Origin: a virus | DNA: 57,617 nucleotides | Reading direction: 5' to 3' (one strand) | IMG/VR virus record: IMGVR_UViG_3300029192_000002 | Shown here: positions 10,440-19,700 of the stretch, piece by piece | Layout of the letters: each line of letters opens with the position of its first letter | How positions within the stretch are numbered: the first letter of the stretch is position 1 | Position numbers and translations under genes: made by a program | The notes under the pieces: generated by a model | What the model saw: only the letters and a program-made list of their open reading frames with translations | Database searches by the model: none | What the model was told of the DNA's origin: nothing

Positions 10440-10586
10440 GGATATATTTTTGAAAATCCCTATATATCGGTCTTTCTCAATGAGTTTTTAGTGGATGTTT
10501 TATTTGTTTAAGATGAAATGGAATACTTGAAAGGATATATTTACTGCAAAATGGGATATATTTGCATCTTTTCTGAGGATATATTT
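10440..10586 (+). repeat. Four perfect GGATATATTT decamers in the 475-bp control region
   Basis: Copies lie at 10440-10449, 10533-10542, 10554-10563 and 10577-10586, the last three 21 and 23 bp apart. Degenerate copies (GGATGTATTT, TGGATGTTTT) are nearby. A reverse copy lies at 40036-40045 and an 8/10 copy at 40065-40074. Confidence 0.6.
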
Positions 10587-10613
10587 CTATTGAGTGAAAA
10601 ATATTATCACACT

Positions 10614-10630
10614 TGTGTTATTCAAACACA
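10614..10630. promoter_or_regulatory. 17-bp palindromic site TGTGTTA-TTC-AAACACA
   Basis: Instance of the recurring TGTGTTN-N3-NAACACA motif, in the intergenic control region. Confidence 0.45.
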
Positions 10631-10728
10631 TATTTATTATATTAAATACAGCAAATAAAAAACCACTTTTATGTCTTGTTTTTAAGCATAAACTACTAAT
10701 AGGCAAGTAATTTACCGAGTAAAATATA

Positions 10729-10745
10729 TGTGTTTATTGAACGCA
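10729..10745. promoter_or_regulatory. 17-bp palindromic site TGTGTTT-ATT-GAACGCA upstream of the structural operon
   Basis: Imperfect instance of the recurring motif, 17 nt upstream of the -7-like box TATCTTTG (10763-10770) and 65 nt upstream of the ATG at 10810. Confidence 0.45.
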
Positions 10746-10762
10746 TATATGATTTTATTTCA

Positions 10763-10770
10763 TATCTTTG
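10763..10770 (+). promoter_or_regulatory. Candidate -7 box (TATCTTTG) of the structural-operon promoter
   Basis: Matches TAnnTTTG 40 nt upstream of 10810. There is no good -33 TTTG at the expected spacing, so the promoter may depend on an activator. Confidence 0.35.
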
Positions 10771-10809
10771 CTCTGTAGAAGTTCAACTTACTAAATAACA
10801 AAAGCAACA

Positions 10810-11421
10810 ATGAATAAGAAACTCTTTGAGAAAGTCAAAGGCTTGTGTAAAGACACTGGTCTTTCGGAGAAGTACCTTAAAGCGATAACCGAAAAAATGG
10901 GTGGCAGCATTGAGGATGATTCTACCGATGATGAGGCAATAGAAAGTACAGCAAATCTGATTGCGGAAGTGGCTAAGGAAAGTCAAGGTGAAGCAACCCG
11001 ATGGGCGAACAAGAACAAAGAAACCAAGACCGAAGAAGAAAAGAAAGCCGAAGAGGAGAGGAAAAAGAAAGAAGAGGAAGAACGGCTGAAAGGTAAGGTG
11101 GCTTTGGATGAAGCGACTGAAAAGAGGTTAAAGGAAATGGAGGAAAAGATTGCTGGCTACGAAGCCAAAGAAAGCAAGGAAGCCCGTGCTAAGGAAGTAG
11201 TTAATGCTATGGAAAAGCACAAAATCCCGGCTTATCTCCGTGACCGTTTGGCAAAATCAATCTCCGATGATGAAGATATTGAGGATGCCGTTTCCGCTTA
11301 CAAACAGGAGCTTATTACAAATGGGCTTGATGATGAACACTCAGGGGGTTCTAAGGCGGCAAGTGAAAAGCAAATTGATGAAGCTGCTGATAGCTTGCTG
11401 GAATCAATAACCGTAAAATAA
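10810..11421 (+). CDS. Scaffolding-like protein (203 aa)
   Basis: First gene of the rightward structural operon. It has highly charged KE-rich coiled-coil segments (KKAEEERKKKEEEERLKGK) and lies two genes upstream of the capsid gene. Confidence 0.5.
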   Translation: MNKKLFEKVKGLCKDTGLSEKYLKAITEKMGGSIEDDSTDDEAIESTANLIAEVAKESQGEATRWANKNKETKTEEEKKAEEERKKKEEEERLKGKVALDEATEKRLKEMEEKIAGYEAKESKEARAKEVVNAMEKHKIPAYLRDRLAKSISDDEDIEDAVSAYKQELITNGLDDEHSGGSKAASEKQIDEAADSLLESITVK

Positions 11422-11429
11422 AAGATGAA

Positions 11430-12077
11430 ATGAAAAGAAAGACTGCTTCATTTACTGGGATGCGACCCATTTTCACGGGTTCGCCCTCTATCGTACAAGG
11501 CGGCTTTAATCTGGACGTGGAAAACCAACATTTCGCTGTTGGCGATACCGTGCCTGCCGGAACGCTTGCTATCAAGGATGAGGTGAAAAGGACGGTGCAA
11601 GTCATCAAGACTGCAAAAGTGGTGGAAGTGGATGCGGAAAATACCAAGAAAGTAAGCCTGTACGTGGATGAGTTCTACGAGCCTTGCTTTGCCGTTGGTG
11701 ATTTGGTGCTGAAAGACGGTACAGCTGCTACAGCCATTGCCGATGTTCCCACAATTGAAAAGATTGAGCGCAACGGGAACAATTACGTTGTTGTTCTCTC
11801 TAAGGCTATTGCCGGGCTTGCAAAGGACGATGTGCTGGTAGAGGTTGTTTCAGACGGACAAGCTGCCGCAAAATCAAAGGAGCGTGGCACTTCCAACTCC
11901 GTACTGATTGCCGATGTGGAAGTAGGCGAGTTTGAAACCTCTGTAGATGTTTCTGCCGACACCATGCAATACGCAATGTACGAAAGACGAGTGCCGCCTA
12001 TCCCTGCCGGGCAAAAGGACACTACGGGCGATTACTTGAAAGGGAATCCCCACGTGAAATTAACGAAATCACACTAA
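11430..12077 (+). CDS. Hypothetical head-associated protein between the scaffold-like and capsid genes
   Basis: Position only. A decoration or head-maturation role cannot be distinguished by eye. Confidence 0.4.
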   Translation: MKRKTASFTGMRPIFTGSPSIVQGGFNLDVENQHFAVGDTVPAGTLAIKDEVKRTVQVIKTAKVVEVDAENTKKVSLYVDEFYEPCFAVGDLVLKDGTAATAIADVPTIEKIERNGNNYVVVLSKAIAGLAKDDVLVEVVSDGQAAAKSKERGTSNSVLIADVEVGEFETSVDVSADTMQYAMYERRVPPIPAGQKDTTGDYLKGNPHVKLTKSH

Positions 12078-12096
12078 CTAAAATTAGCGTAACGAC

Positions 12097-13332
12097 ATGA
12101 AATCTATTTTTTCAACATTCAAAGGGCTTCACAAGGACGGCAAACCAATTGACTTTTTGGCAACGTGGAAAAAGACTTTTGATAAGGCTTCCGAACGTGA
12201 AACAACCCTTTTTCAGAAGATGTATTGTGATAGCTGGTTTACTACCAACACACCCCAAATGTCATTGACTGCCGAGGCACTTGTAGGTAAGTACAACTTG
12301 CGTTTCATGGCTACATTGATTGGTGATGAATCACCTACACCTATGAGGCGTTCTGACGGCTTCGATGTGTGGACTAAGGAAATCCCCCGTGTGGGTCACA
12401 AGTTCCCCATGTACGCACGTGATTACCGTAAACTGATGGAGGTTTACGAAAATCCCCGTTTGAGTGAATCCGCTAAAGTGAAGCAAATTGAAAAGCTCCT
12501 TACCCACGACATGAAAGATGCTTATTTGGGCTGTAAGGACGTGATGGACTTTATCGCTCTGATGGCATTCTCTAATTGGGGTGTGGCTCAGTTCGTGCCG
12601 GAAATCAACAATCCGGGTGGACGTAAGTACGAGGTGGATTATCAAATGCCGGAAACAAACAAGCTGGTATCAGCTTTCTTGTGGAACTCTGCCAATACCA
12701 AAGCTGGCAAGTTGTCCCCCGTCCTGATGTTGTCGGCTATCTGTAGTGACCTGCGTAACCGTGGCATTGAGCCGGGCGAAATCCTTATGAGCCAAGACCT
12801 CTATTTTTGGCTGCGTATGGATGAAACGACCCGTTTGTTGGTGCATGGTAACGATAAAAAGGCTCAGACCGTAACAACGGCTCAGATGGCAGATTTGCTT
12901 ACTGGTAATGAAATCCCCCCTGTAACGGTGATTACCCGTAAAATGGGTATGGATATGGACGGTAAGCGTAAATCGCTTGAACCGTGGAATCACAACTTTA
13001 TCTGTATCAAGCCTGCCGGGGTTATCGGTGAAATTCAGCCCGCCATTGAAGATAGCGAGTTGATAGAGGAAGAAAACGTGGACTACATGAACGCTGGCGG
13101 TGGTATTCGTATCGCCAAGTGGCGTACCGGGGAATCCACTGGTCAAGTTGCAGCCGAATATACACAAGGCTCTGGACGTTTGTTACCTCTTATCACTGAA
13201 ATTGGTGCTATCATCTGTTTACAGGTGCGTGGCTTTGAGGAAAAGGAAGTACCAGCCGATGCAAATGGAGTGGCACGTACCTATTGGACTAAATCCGAAT
13301 TTGAGAGCGCAACAACTCTTGAAGTAGGCTAA
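12097..13332 (+). CDS. Major capsid protein
   Basis: 411-aa ORF following the scaffold-like genes and preceding the connector genes. Size and synteny fit lambda gpE-like capsid proteins. Confidence 0.68.
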   Translation: MKSIFSTFKGLHKDGKPIDFLATWKKTFDKASERETTLFQKMYCDSWFTTNTPQMSLTAEALVGKYNLRFMATLIGDESPTPMRRSDGFDVWTKEIPRVGHKFPMYARDYRKLMEVYENPRLSESAKVKQIEKLLTHDMKDAYLGCKDVMDFIALMAFSNWGVAQFVPEINNPGGRKYEVDYQMPETNKLVSAFLWNSANTKAGKLSPVLMLSAICSDLRNRGIEPGEILMSQDLYFWLRMDETTRLLVHGNDKKAQTVTTAQMADLLTGNEIPPVTVITRKMGMDMDGKRKSLEPWNHNFICIKPAGVIGEIQPAIEDSELIEEENVDYMNAGGGIRIAKWRTGESTGQVAAEYTQGSGRLLPLITEIGAIICLQVRGFEEKEVPADANGVARTYWTKSEFESATTLEVG

Positions 13333-13337
13333 ACCTT

Positions 13338-13670
13338 TTGCTTATGGAACTGACAGTAAAGAAAGCGTTTATAGACAAAAACGACAAAGGCAAAATCTAC
13401 AAGGTAGGTGAAACCTTGCATTCTGATGAGCTTAACCGGGTTAATGATTTGGTGGCAAGGGGACTTTGCGTGATTACGTCCGTAGGGAGCAACCTTTCAG
13501 AAAAGGTTACTTTCCAAGACAATGAATATGATTTGAATGTGGTAAAGAATGCTTTGGAATCCATCAATGCCCCCGTTGCCAAAAATGCCGGGGTTAAGGG
13601 TGTAACCAAAGTGATTGAAGCCCTTTCAGATGAGAGTGTAACGGCTTTGAAAGAAGCCCTTGAAAAATAG
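13338..13670 (+). CDS. Hypothetical head-associated protein (110 aa)
   Basis: Packed ORF directly after the capsid gene. Confidence 0.5.
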   Translation: MLMELTVKKAFIDKNDKGKIYKVGETLHSDELNRVNDLVARGLCVITSVGSNLSEKVTFQDNEYDLNVVKNALESINAPVAKNAGVKGVTKVIEALSDESVTALKEALEK

Positions 13671-13672
13671 TA

Positions 13673-14011
13673 GTGATGGGAACTTTGACAAAATACAATG
13701 CGTTGGTGGGTGAGCTTGAACCTTATACCCCAAGCCGCCTTGCTTTGCAAAAGGCACTTGCTGATGTGAAGATAAGCGACTGGGATAGTGAGTACAATGC
13801 TGACACAGACCAACGCACGATAGCCATAGCCGCTATAAAGGTGCTAAAGCGGATGATTGTGCTTACCAATGACACGTTAGGTAAGTCCTCACAAGGCTAC
13901 AGCGTGGAGAAGTTGGAGAAGCGCATTAAAGACCTTTGCAACGAGAACGGTTTAGACGTTTCGGATTTTGTCGAAGTTTCTTCCATTACGGACGGCTCTA
14001 ATTTGTGGTGA
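13673..14011 (+). CDS. Putative head-tail connector/adaptor protein
   Basis: 112-aa ORF in the connector position. Synteny only. Confidence 0.45.
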   Translation: MMGTLTKYNALVGELEPYTPSRLALQKALADVKISDWDSEYNADTDQRTIAIAAIKVLKRMIVLTNDTLGKSSQGYSVEKLEKRIKDLCNENGLDVSDFVEVSSITDGSNLW

Positions 14012-14012
14012 T

Positions 14013-14345
14013 ATGGCACGGAATAACGGAACTTTCAGATACAGCACTTTGCCCCTTGAAGCAACGAGGGATGAAGCAACGGGATTTTACACGGACGATG
14101 ATGCGCCCGTGTGGATGAAAGGCTGTGAGTGCCAAGTGGAGAAATTCATACCTGCCAAGCAACGATTGGGAACGGACGGGCAAATGTATTCATACACCTT
14201 TGACGTGTTTTTACCATCCTACTTTGAGGGTGATTTGAGTATAGGCGCACGTGTGGAAGTTACTTTGGAGCGTGGCGGTGTGGATGAGTTCACCATTTCG
14301 GGAATAGATGATACAAACCCTAAATACATAGAGATATGGGGATAA
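14013..14345 (+). CDS. Putative head closure / head-tail joining protein
   Basis: Track ORF trimmed to the ATG at 14013 (MARNNG...), 1 nt after the upstream stop. Synteny only. Confidence 0.45.
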   Translation: MARNNGTFRYSTLPLEATRDEATGFYTDDDAPVWMKGCECQVEKFIPAKQRLGTDGQMYSYTFDVFLPSYFEGDLSIGARVEVTLERGGVDEFTISGIDDTNPKYIEIWG

Positions 14346-14806
14346 TGCCGATGTTTGACAAAGGGGCTATTTTAAACCCCGTGGCTGCTTTCCAAAAGCA
14401 ACTTGAATTAGCTTTCGTAACCTTGTTAAAATACATGGGCGAAAAGCTGGCTAAGTATGCTAAGGATAACCATAACTACCAAGACCAAACGGGCAATTTA
14501 ACCAACTCTATAGGCTATGCCGTGGTGCAAAATAAGGAAATCGTTTACTATGGTGGGACAGACCAGCCCGGAGAGGGTGCGGAAGCCATGTTGGAGGTTG
14601 CAATGAAGTATGCCGCCACGCTGCCAAACACTTTTTCCCTCATTATAGTAGCCGGAATGAATTATGCTGCCTACGTGGAAGCCAAAGGGTACAATGTGAT
14701 TCTACCTGCCGAACTGAAAGCCAAAAGCGAATTACCTGCTGAGATTAACAAGTTGGTGATGAAAGCCAATAAGAAAGCAATCGAATTATTCGGAAATGCA
14801 GCATGA
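14345..14806 (+). CDS. Putative neck/tail completion protein
   Basis: TAATG overlap with the upstream stop; ATG 14336 is also possible. Synteny only. Confidence 0.45.
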   Translation: MPMFDKGAILNPVAAFQKQLELAFVTLLKYMGEKLAKYAKDNHNYQDQTGNLTNSIGYAVVQNKEIVYYGGTDQPGEGAEAMLEVAMKYAATLPNTFSLIIVAGMNYAAYVEAKGYNVILPAELKAKSELPAEINKLVMKANKKAIELFGNAA

Positions 14807-15231
14807 TAACGACTGAGGAAATAGCAACAAGGGTTTACGCCATGCTTCAAGCAAGCGAGGTGAAAAACTTTATTTCGGGTGTGATTGATTACGAGCGTAA
14901 CGACTACACCAAAGAGGATGTGATAATTGTCCCTCATACGATAGACGGTGAAGCATCCGTGCGCTACGGTCAGATAAACGTGAATATTCATGTGCCGGAT
15001 AAGGTGATAGCCAAAGGCAAGGGAAAAGCCGTTTACAGGGTACACTTTAAGAGGCTCATAGAGATAAGGGCAAAGGTGGTTGAGGTGTTGAAAAATCATT
15101 ATGAAAGTGGAAAGGGCTATAACTGGAATATAGGTAGGTTTAATCCACCGATTAAGGAGAAAGACCAAAACGAGCATTTTGTTTCCCTTGCTTTGGAGCT
15201 TACAGTAAGAGAAAAGAGTATAAACCAATAA
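14803..15231 (+). CDS. Putative tail terminator/completion protein
   Basis: ATGA overlap with the upstream gene; last small gene before the tail tube gene. Confidence 0.45.
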   Translation: MITTEEIATRVYAMLQASEVKNFISGVIDYERNDYTKEDVIIVPHTIDGEASVRYGQINVNIHVPDKVIAKGKGKAVYRVHFKRLIEIRAKVVEVLKNHYESGKGYNWNIGRFNPPIKEKDQNEHFVSLALELTVREKSINQ

Positions 15232-15243
15232 AAAATTAAGATT

Positions 15244-15756
15244 ATGCCGATTTTAGCAACAATGGGGTTGAAAAAGATTTTTATTGCCCCCGCCATGACA
15301 GATGGAAGTATGCCCGCCAATGGTAATCAGTGGCTTGATTTGGGCGATGTATATCAGGACACGTGTTCGCTGAAAGACGATGACCCTGAAATTACGGAAC
15401 ACAAGTCGGAAACGTCAAGCAAACGTATCACGTTGGTAGGTGAAACACCGACTAACGTAGAATTGTCTTTGATGGACCCGGATTTGACACTTCTTGCCCG
15501 TTATTTTGGTGGTACTATTGCTGGTTCAGAAGGTAAGCGTAAATGGATAAGACCGAGAAAGTTGGAATACAAGGAATGGGGCTTGTGGATTCAGCCGGAA
15601 GAGGGTCTGTTCATCGGTTGCGCTAACGTGCGTGTTATCCCCAAATTCGAGATTACCTATTCTTCTAAGGGTATCTGCCTTGTTCCTATGACTATCAAAT
15701 TCCAAAGTGAATTGGAAGCCGATGAGGGAATGGAAGACCCGACAAAGGCTTCGTAA
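15244..15756 (+). CDS. Major tail (tube) protein
   Basis: 170-aa ORF immediately upstream of the chaperone/frameshift pair and tape measure, followed by a hairpin with a T-run. Confidence 0.6.
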   Translation: MPILATMGLKKIFIAPAMTDGSMPANGNQWLDLGDVYQDTCSLKDDDPEITEHKSETSSKRITLVGETPTNVELSLMDPDLTLLARYFGGTIAGSEGKRKWIRPRKLEYKEWGLWIQPEEGLFIGCANVRVIPKFEITYSSKGICLVPMTIKFQSELEADEGMEDPTKAS

Positions 15757-15785
15757 AGATGTGTGTAGAACAAGTATGAGAAATA

Positions 15786-15815
15786 AGCCTCCTATCCCCG
15801 GATGGGGGGCTTTTT
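15786..15815 (+). terminator. Partial terminator after the tail tube gene
   Basis: AGCC..CCCC GGAT GGGG GGCT is followed by TTTTT (15811-15815). Confidence 0.4.
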
Positions 15816-15829
15816 AACTTTTAAGATAA

Positions 15830-16486
15830 ATGGAACAACTGAATAATGAACGTGAATTGACCCGTGAGGAACGCTTGGAAATCGAAGAAAAGGCGATACA
15901 GGCACTTGTGAACATGGGAGTGAAATTCAATGTACCGCTTAAAATTAACCCGGTAAAACCGCCCCGTTTCATCCGTTGGTGGAATAAGCATTTTCCGAAC
16001 CATGTAAAGATGTGGCGTGACAAACGTATTCCCAAAGGCTGGGATGTGTCCGAAACAGAAGTACCCAATGCCGCTTTGCAAACTATGGAGCGTGTATATA
16101 TGCGTCACTTCCATTTGAAGCCTCTTTATTTGGGTACGATGGATTGTTTGAGGCGGTTGTATCTGAATATAGAATACGATGAGGAAAAGGTACAAGCCGA
16201 ACCCATACAGGAAAGCAAACGCCTTTTCAAGTATATTCCTCTGATGGCAGAGATTGCAGCCGTAGCCGTGCTTAACAATCCCGAGGTAGCTGACCCCTCT
16301 AAAGACAAGGAGGTGAAAGCCTTGAAAACGTTTTTCATGGAACACCTTACATCTACCCGGCTTGAAAAGCTGGCAGACGTGATAAGCCAAATGATGAATC
16401 CCGGGGGTTTTACGTCCTCTATTCGGTCAATACGGGAGATAGGAACGACCAATCCGAAGAAACTCAAAGCAAACCGAGTAGAGTAA
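15830..16486 (+). CDS. Tail assembly chaperone (gpG-like, zero-frame product)
   Basis: ORF directly upstream of the tape measure. It contains a slippery heptamer and an overlapping -1 ORF that runs to the tape measure start. Confidence 0.65.
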   Translation: MEQLNNERELTREERLEIEEKAIQALVNMGVKFNVPLKINPVKPPRFIRWWNKHFPNHVKMWRDKRIPKGWDVSETEVPNAALQTMERVYMRHFHLKPLYLGTMDCLRRLYLNIEYDEEKVQAEPIQESKRLFKYIPLMAEIAAVAVLNNPEVADPSKDKEVKALKTFFMEHLTSTRLEKLADVISQMMNPGGFTSSIRSIREIGTTNPKKLKANRVE

Positions 16487-16719
16487 TCGGGCTAAATAGC
16501 CCGTGGGGTAATCGTGGGGAAATTATCAAGTCCTTTGGTTGGACTTACGATTATCTGCTTTGGGGAATCAGTTGGCTAAACGTACAAATCATGCTGACAG
16601 ATGCGGCACGTGTGGAACAAGAGCCGGAGCAAACGGACGGAAACAAGGATGGAGGGAAGCCACCTGTACAGCTAAAGACAAAGGATGATATTAAGAATTA
16701 TCTGAAAGGAATAATGTAA
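15830..16719 (+). CDS. Tail assembly chaperone, -1 frameshift fusion product (gpGT-like)
   Basis: The -1 frame is open from 16366 to TAA 16717-16719 with no plausible start codon of its own. After the shift it reads ...SFGWTYDYLLWGISWLNVQIMLTDAARV..., which looks protein-like. Confidence 0.55.
16405..16411 (+). promoter_or_regulatory. -1 programmed ribosomal frameshift slippery heptamer G GGT TTT
   Basis: X XXY YYZ pattern in the zero frame of the chaperone gene (codons GGT TTT = G F of MNPGGFT), inside the 121-nt overlap with the -1 ORF. Confidence 0.55.
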
Positions 16720-19700
16720 TGGATAATATAAACGGAGCGTTGGCGTTCAAAGCCACCCTTGATATAAACGATTTCAACGTGTCGGCACAAGCGATGGAAA
16801 GGAGTATCAAACAAGTTTCATCCACAGCCGTATCGGAATCGTCTGTGATGGATAATTCCATTCAGAGCTTTGCGCAAAATGGGGCGAAATACATTGTTTC
16901 CTACCTCGTTGGGCAGGGTATGGGGACATTGCTTCAAAGTATCGTGCAAACACGTGGGCAGTTTCAACAGTTGGAAATTGCCTTTACAACCATGCTCAAA
17001 AGTGGTACGCAAGCAAAGGGCTTGATGGATAGGCTTATTGATACAGCCGCCAAAACTCCGTTTGACCTTTCGGGCATTGCGAGTAGTGCCAAACAGATGC
17101 TTGCTTACGGCTCAACCGTGGATAACGTGGTGGATGAGCTGATAATGCTTGGTAACGTGGCTTCGGGTGTGGGTGCGCCACTACAGGATATTGCTTACCT
17201 ATATGGAACGCTACGGACACAAGGCAGGGCGTTTACCGTGGATATTAGGCAGTTTGCTGGGCGCGGTATTCCCATCTATGAGGAACTGGCTAAAGTGCTT
17301 GGTGTAACCAAAGATGAGGTTTCTAACCTTGTAACGGAGGGTAAGGTGGGCTTTGAGGAAGTAGAAAAGGCTTTCCAAAACATGACGGGTAAAGCCGGGA
17401 CTTATTACAACCTCATGCAAGAACAAAGCAAGTCCCTAACGGGTATGATTTCCAATATGGGTGATGCGTGGGAACAATCGTTAAACAAGTTGGGTGCGGA
17501 CAATCAAGATGTTTTTGCCGGAGCTATTGAAAGTGCTACCTATATGGCAGAGCATTTGGATGATATTTTGCGTATTCTGAAAGCCGTTGCTATAGGCTAT
17601 GGAAGCGTGAAAGCCGCTATTGTGCTGAATACATTAGCCACAAAGGGATATACGGGCGTTGCCCTTTTGGATAACACAGCACGGCAAGCTAAGATTTCCT
17701 TAATGAAGCTGGAAGCCGTTGCTACCGGGCAGGTGGTAACTCAGACAAAAGCGATGATTGCAGCCCAAAACAGCCATGTCGCAGCATTGCAAGCACAACT
17801 GACGGTAGAGGAACACGCCAACATGGTAAAGCAGTTACGCATTGCTACCATTCAACAAATGCTAACCGTCCAACAAGCGGAATATCTTTCAAATTTGAAC
17901 CTAACGGTTTCTTCTGCCAATTATGAGGCGGTGGCTCTGAGTGTTCTTACCGTTGAACAAAAGCAAGCCCTAAGCAAGTTGGATTTGTCGGCTAAAAGTG
18001 CCGTGTATCGTGCCGCTTTGGAAAATGAGGTTGCCGTTAAGACACAAAACAGTGCGGCTACCTTAAATGCCATGCGAACCGATGTAAAGGCAGCAGCCGT
18101 AAAAATGGAATCGGCACGGGCTGATGCACTGGCGGCAAAGGCGGCTGTAGAACGTGCCTATTTGGAAGTGTACAGGGCACAACAGACCGGAAACGCTGAA
18201 AAGATAGCCATTGCCACTAAGAAGATGGAGGCAGCGGAGGATAACGCAGCTATCGCACGGAAGACGGCTTTAGCCACCCAATCCGATTTTTACGCAAAGA
18301 AAAAATTACTTGAAGCTACAGCCACCAAGCAATCCACAGCCGCTTCCGTGGCAGATACTACGGCAAAGACAACACAAGGAGCAGTAACTTCCGTACTGAC
18401 TGCAATCACGACAAAAGCAACGGTAGCGGTGAAAGCTCTTTGGGCTTCCATGATGAGCAATCCTATCGGCTGGGTACTGGGATTGATAGGCGCATTAGTC
18501 AGTGTTATTACTCTTTTTACGGGCAAACAAAAAGAAGCTACCACGGCAACGGGTGAATTTCAAGACACCACGAAAAAAGAAATTGATAATTTGAATTTAC
18601 TTTTTTCCGTATTGCAAAATACGGAGAAAGGAACTCAAACACATAAAAATACGATTGAAAAAATCAATACCGTATGTAAACAATATAATAAAACATTGCT
18701 TGATGAAAACGCTACACTTGATTTACAGCGTCTTAAATATGAGGAATTGACTACAGCCATTCAGCAAACTACAGCCGAAAAAATCAAGGCTAAATATACC
18801 GAACAAGCTATGCAAGAACTGGTACAAAGCCAAACGGATGCACTTGATAAGCTGAAAGAAAGTGCCGAAGATGCAACCTACAAAGAAATTCAAGAAGTTA
18901 TGGAAACCACCCCGGAGGGCGTAACCGTGATGATGAATAAGGTTATTGATGTGGCTTCAAGTTCTATTCGTGGAGCTTCGGGGGCTGTATGGGATGCAGT
19001 AGAATCTATGGCGGTAGAATCCGCAAACCAATTGAAAGGGCTAACAGGTCAAGCCTATACCGATGCGTTCAACAACTCATTGGATAGCATTGTTTCTGCC
19101 GTACAAAAGTCCACCGGGGCTACAGGCAAAGAAATGGATGCTTTCAAGGAGAATATAAAAACATATCTTGAAAGTGTCGCACAATCAGCAAAAAAGGCAG
19201 ATGAAACTATAGGCAAGGTAGATAAGCAACTTGAAAAATTCTATGGCAAAAAAGATACGACTTCTGTAACAGAGAGTACCGACTATGTGGCAATGTCGTT
19301 TAACGAGCTGGATAAGAAAATAGGTGAAACTCAGAAAAGCATTGATACCCTCAATGCTAAAAAGGTAAAGGTGGAAGCCGATAATACCCAACTGAAAGAG
19401 TTGAAAGACTTGTTGGATAAATTGAATGGTGCTGTAAACACCAAGGCTATAAACCTTAACACGGAAAAGGGAATATCAGACCGTATCAAGCAGCTTAAAG
19501 AATTGCGTGAAGCTGCCATTATCGGTAGCTCTGACTATAAGAGTTATGATACGCAAATAAAGAAGTTAGAAGCCCGGTTGCCCAAGCATACCACGGGGGA
19601 TAAAGCGGATAGTGCCGCCAAGCAACTACGTGAAAGGCAACTTGAAGCTGACCGCAAATTGGAGGCTGACCGTATTGCAGTCTTGGAAGAGGGCTACGAA

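Noticed and set aside
10990-11110. A purine-rich GAA/AAG low-complexity stretch in 10810..11421, considered as a nucleotide repeat or slippage site.
   Set aside because: It is an imperfect repeat that encodes the KE-rich coiled coil expected of a scaffolding protein. Unlike the (CT)15 tract, it has no uninterrupted unit repeat.
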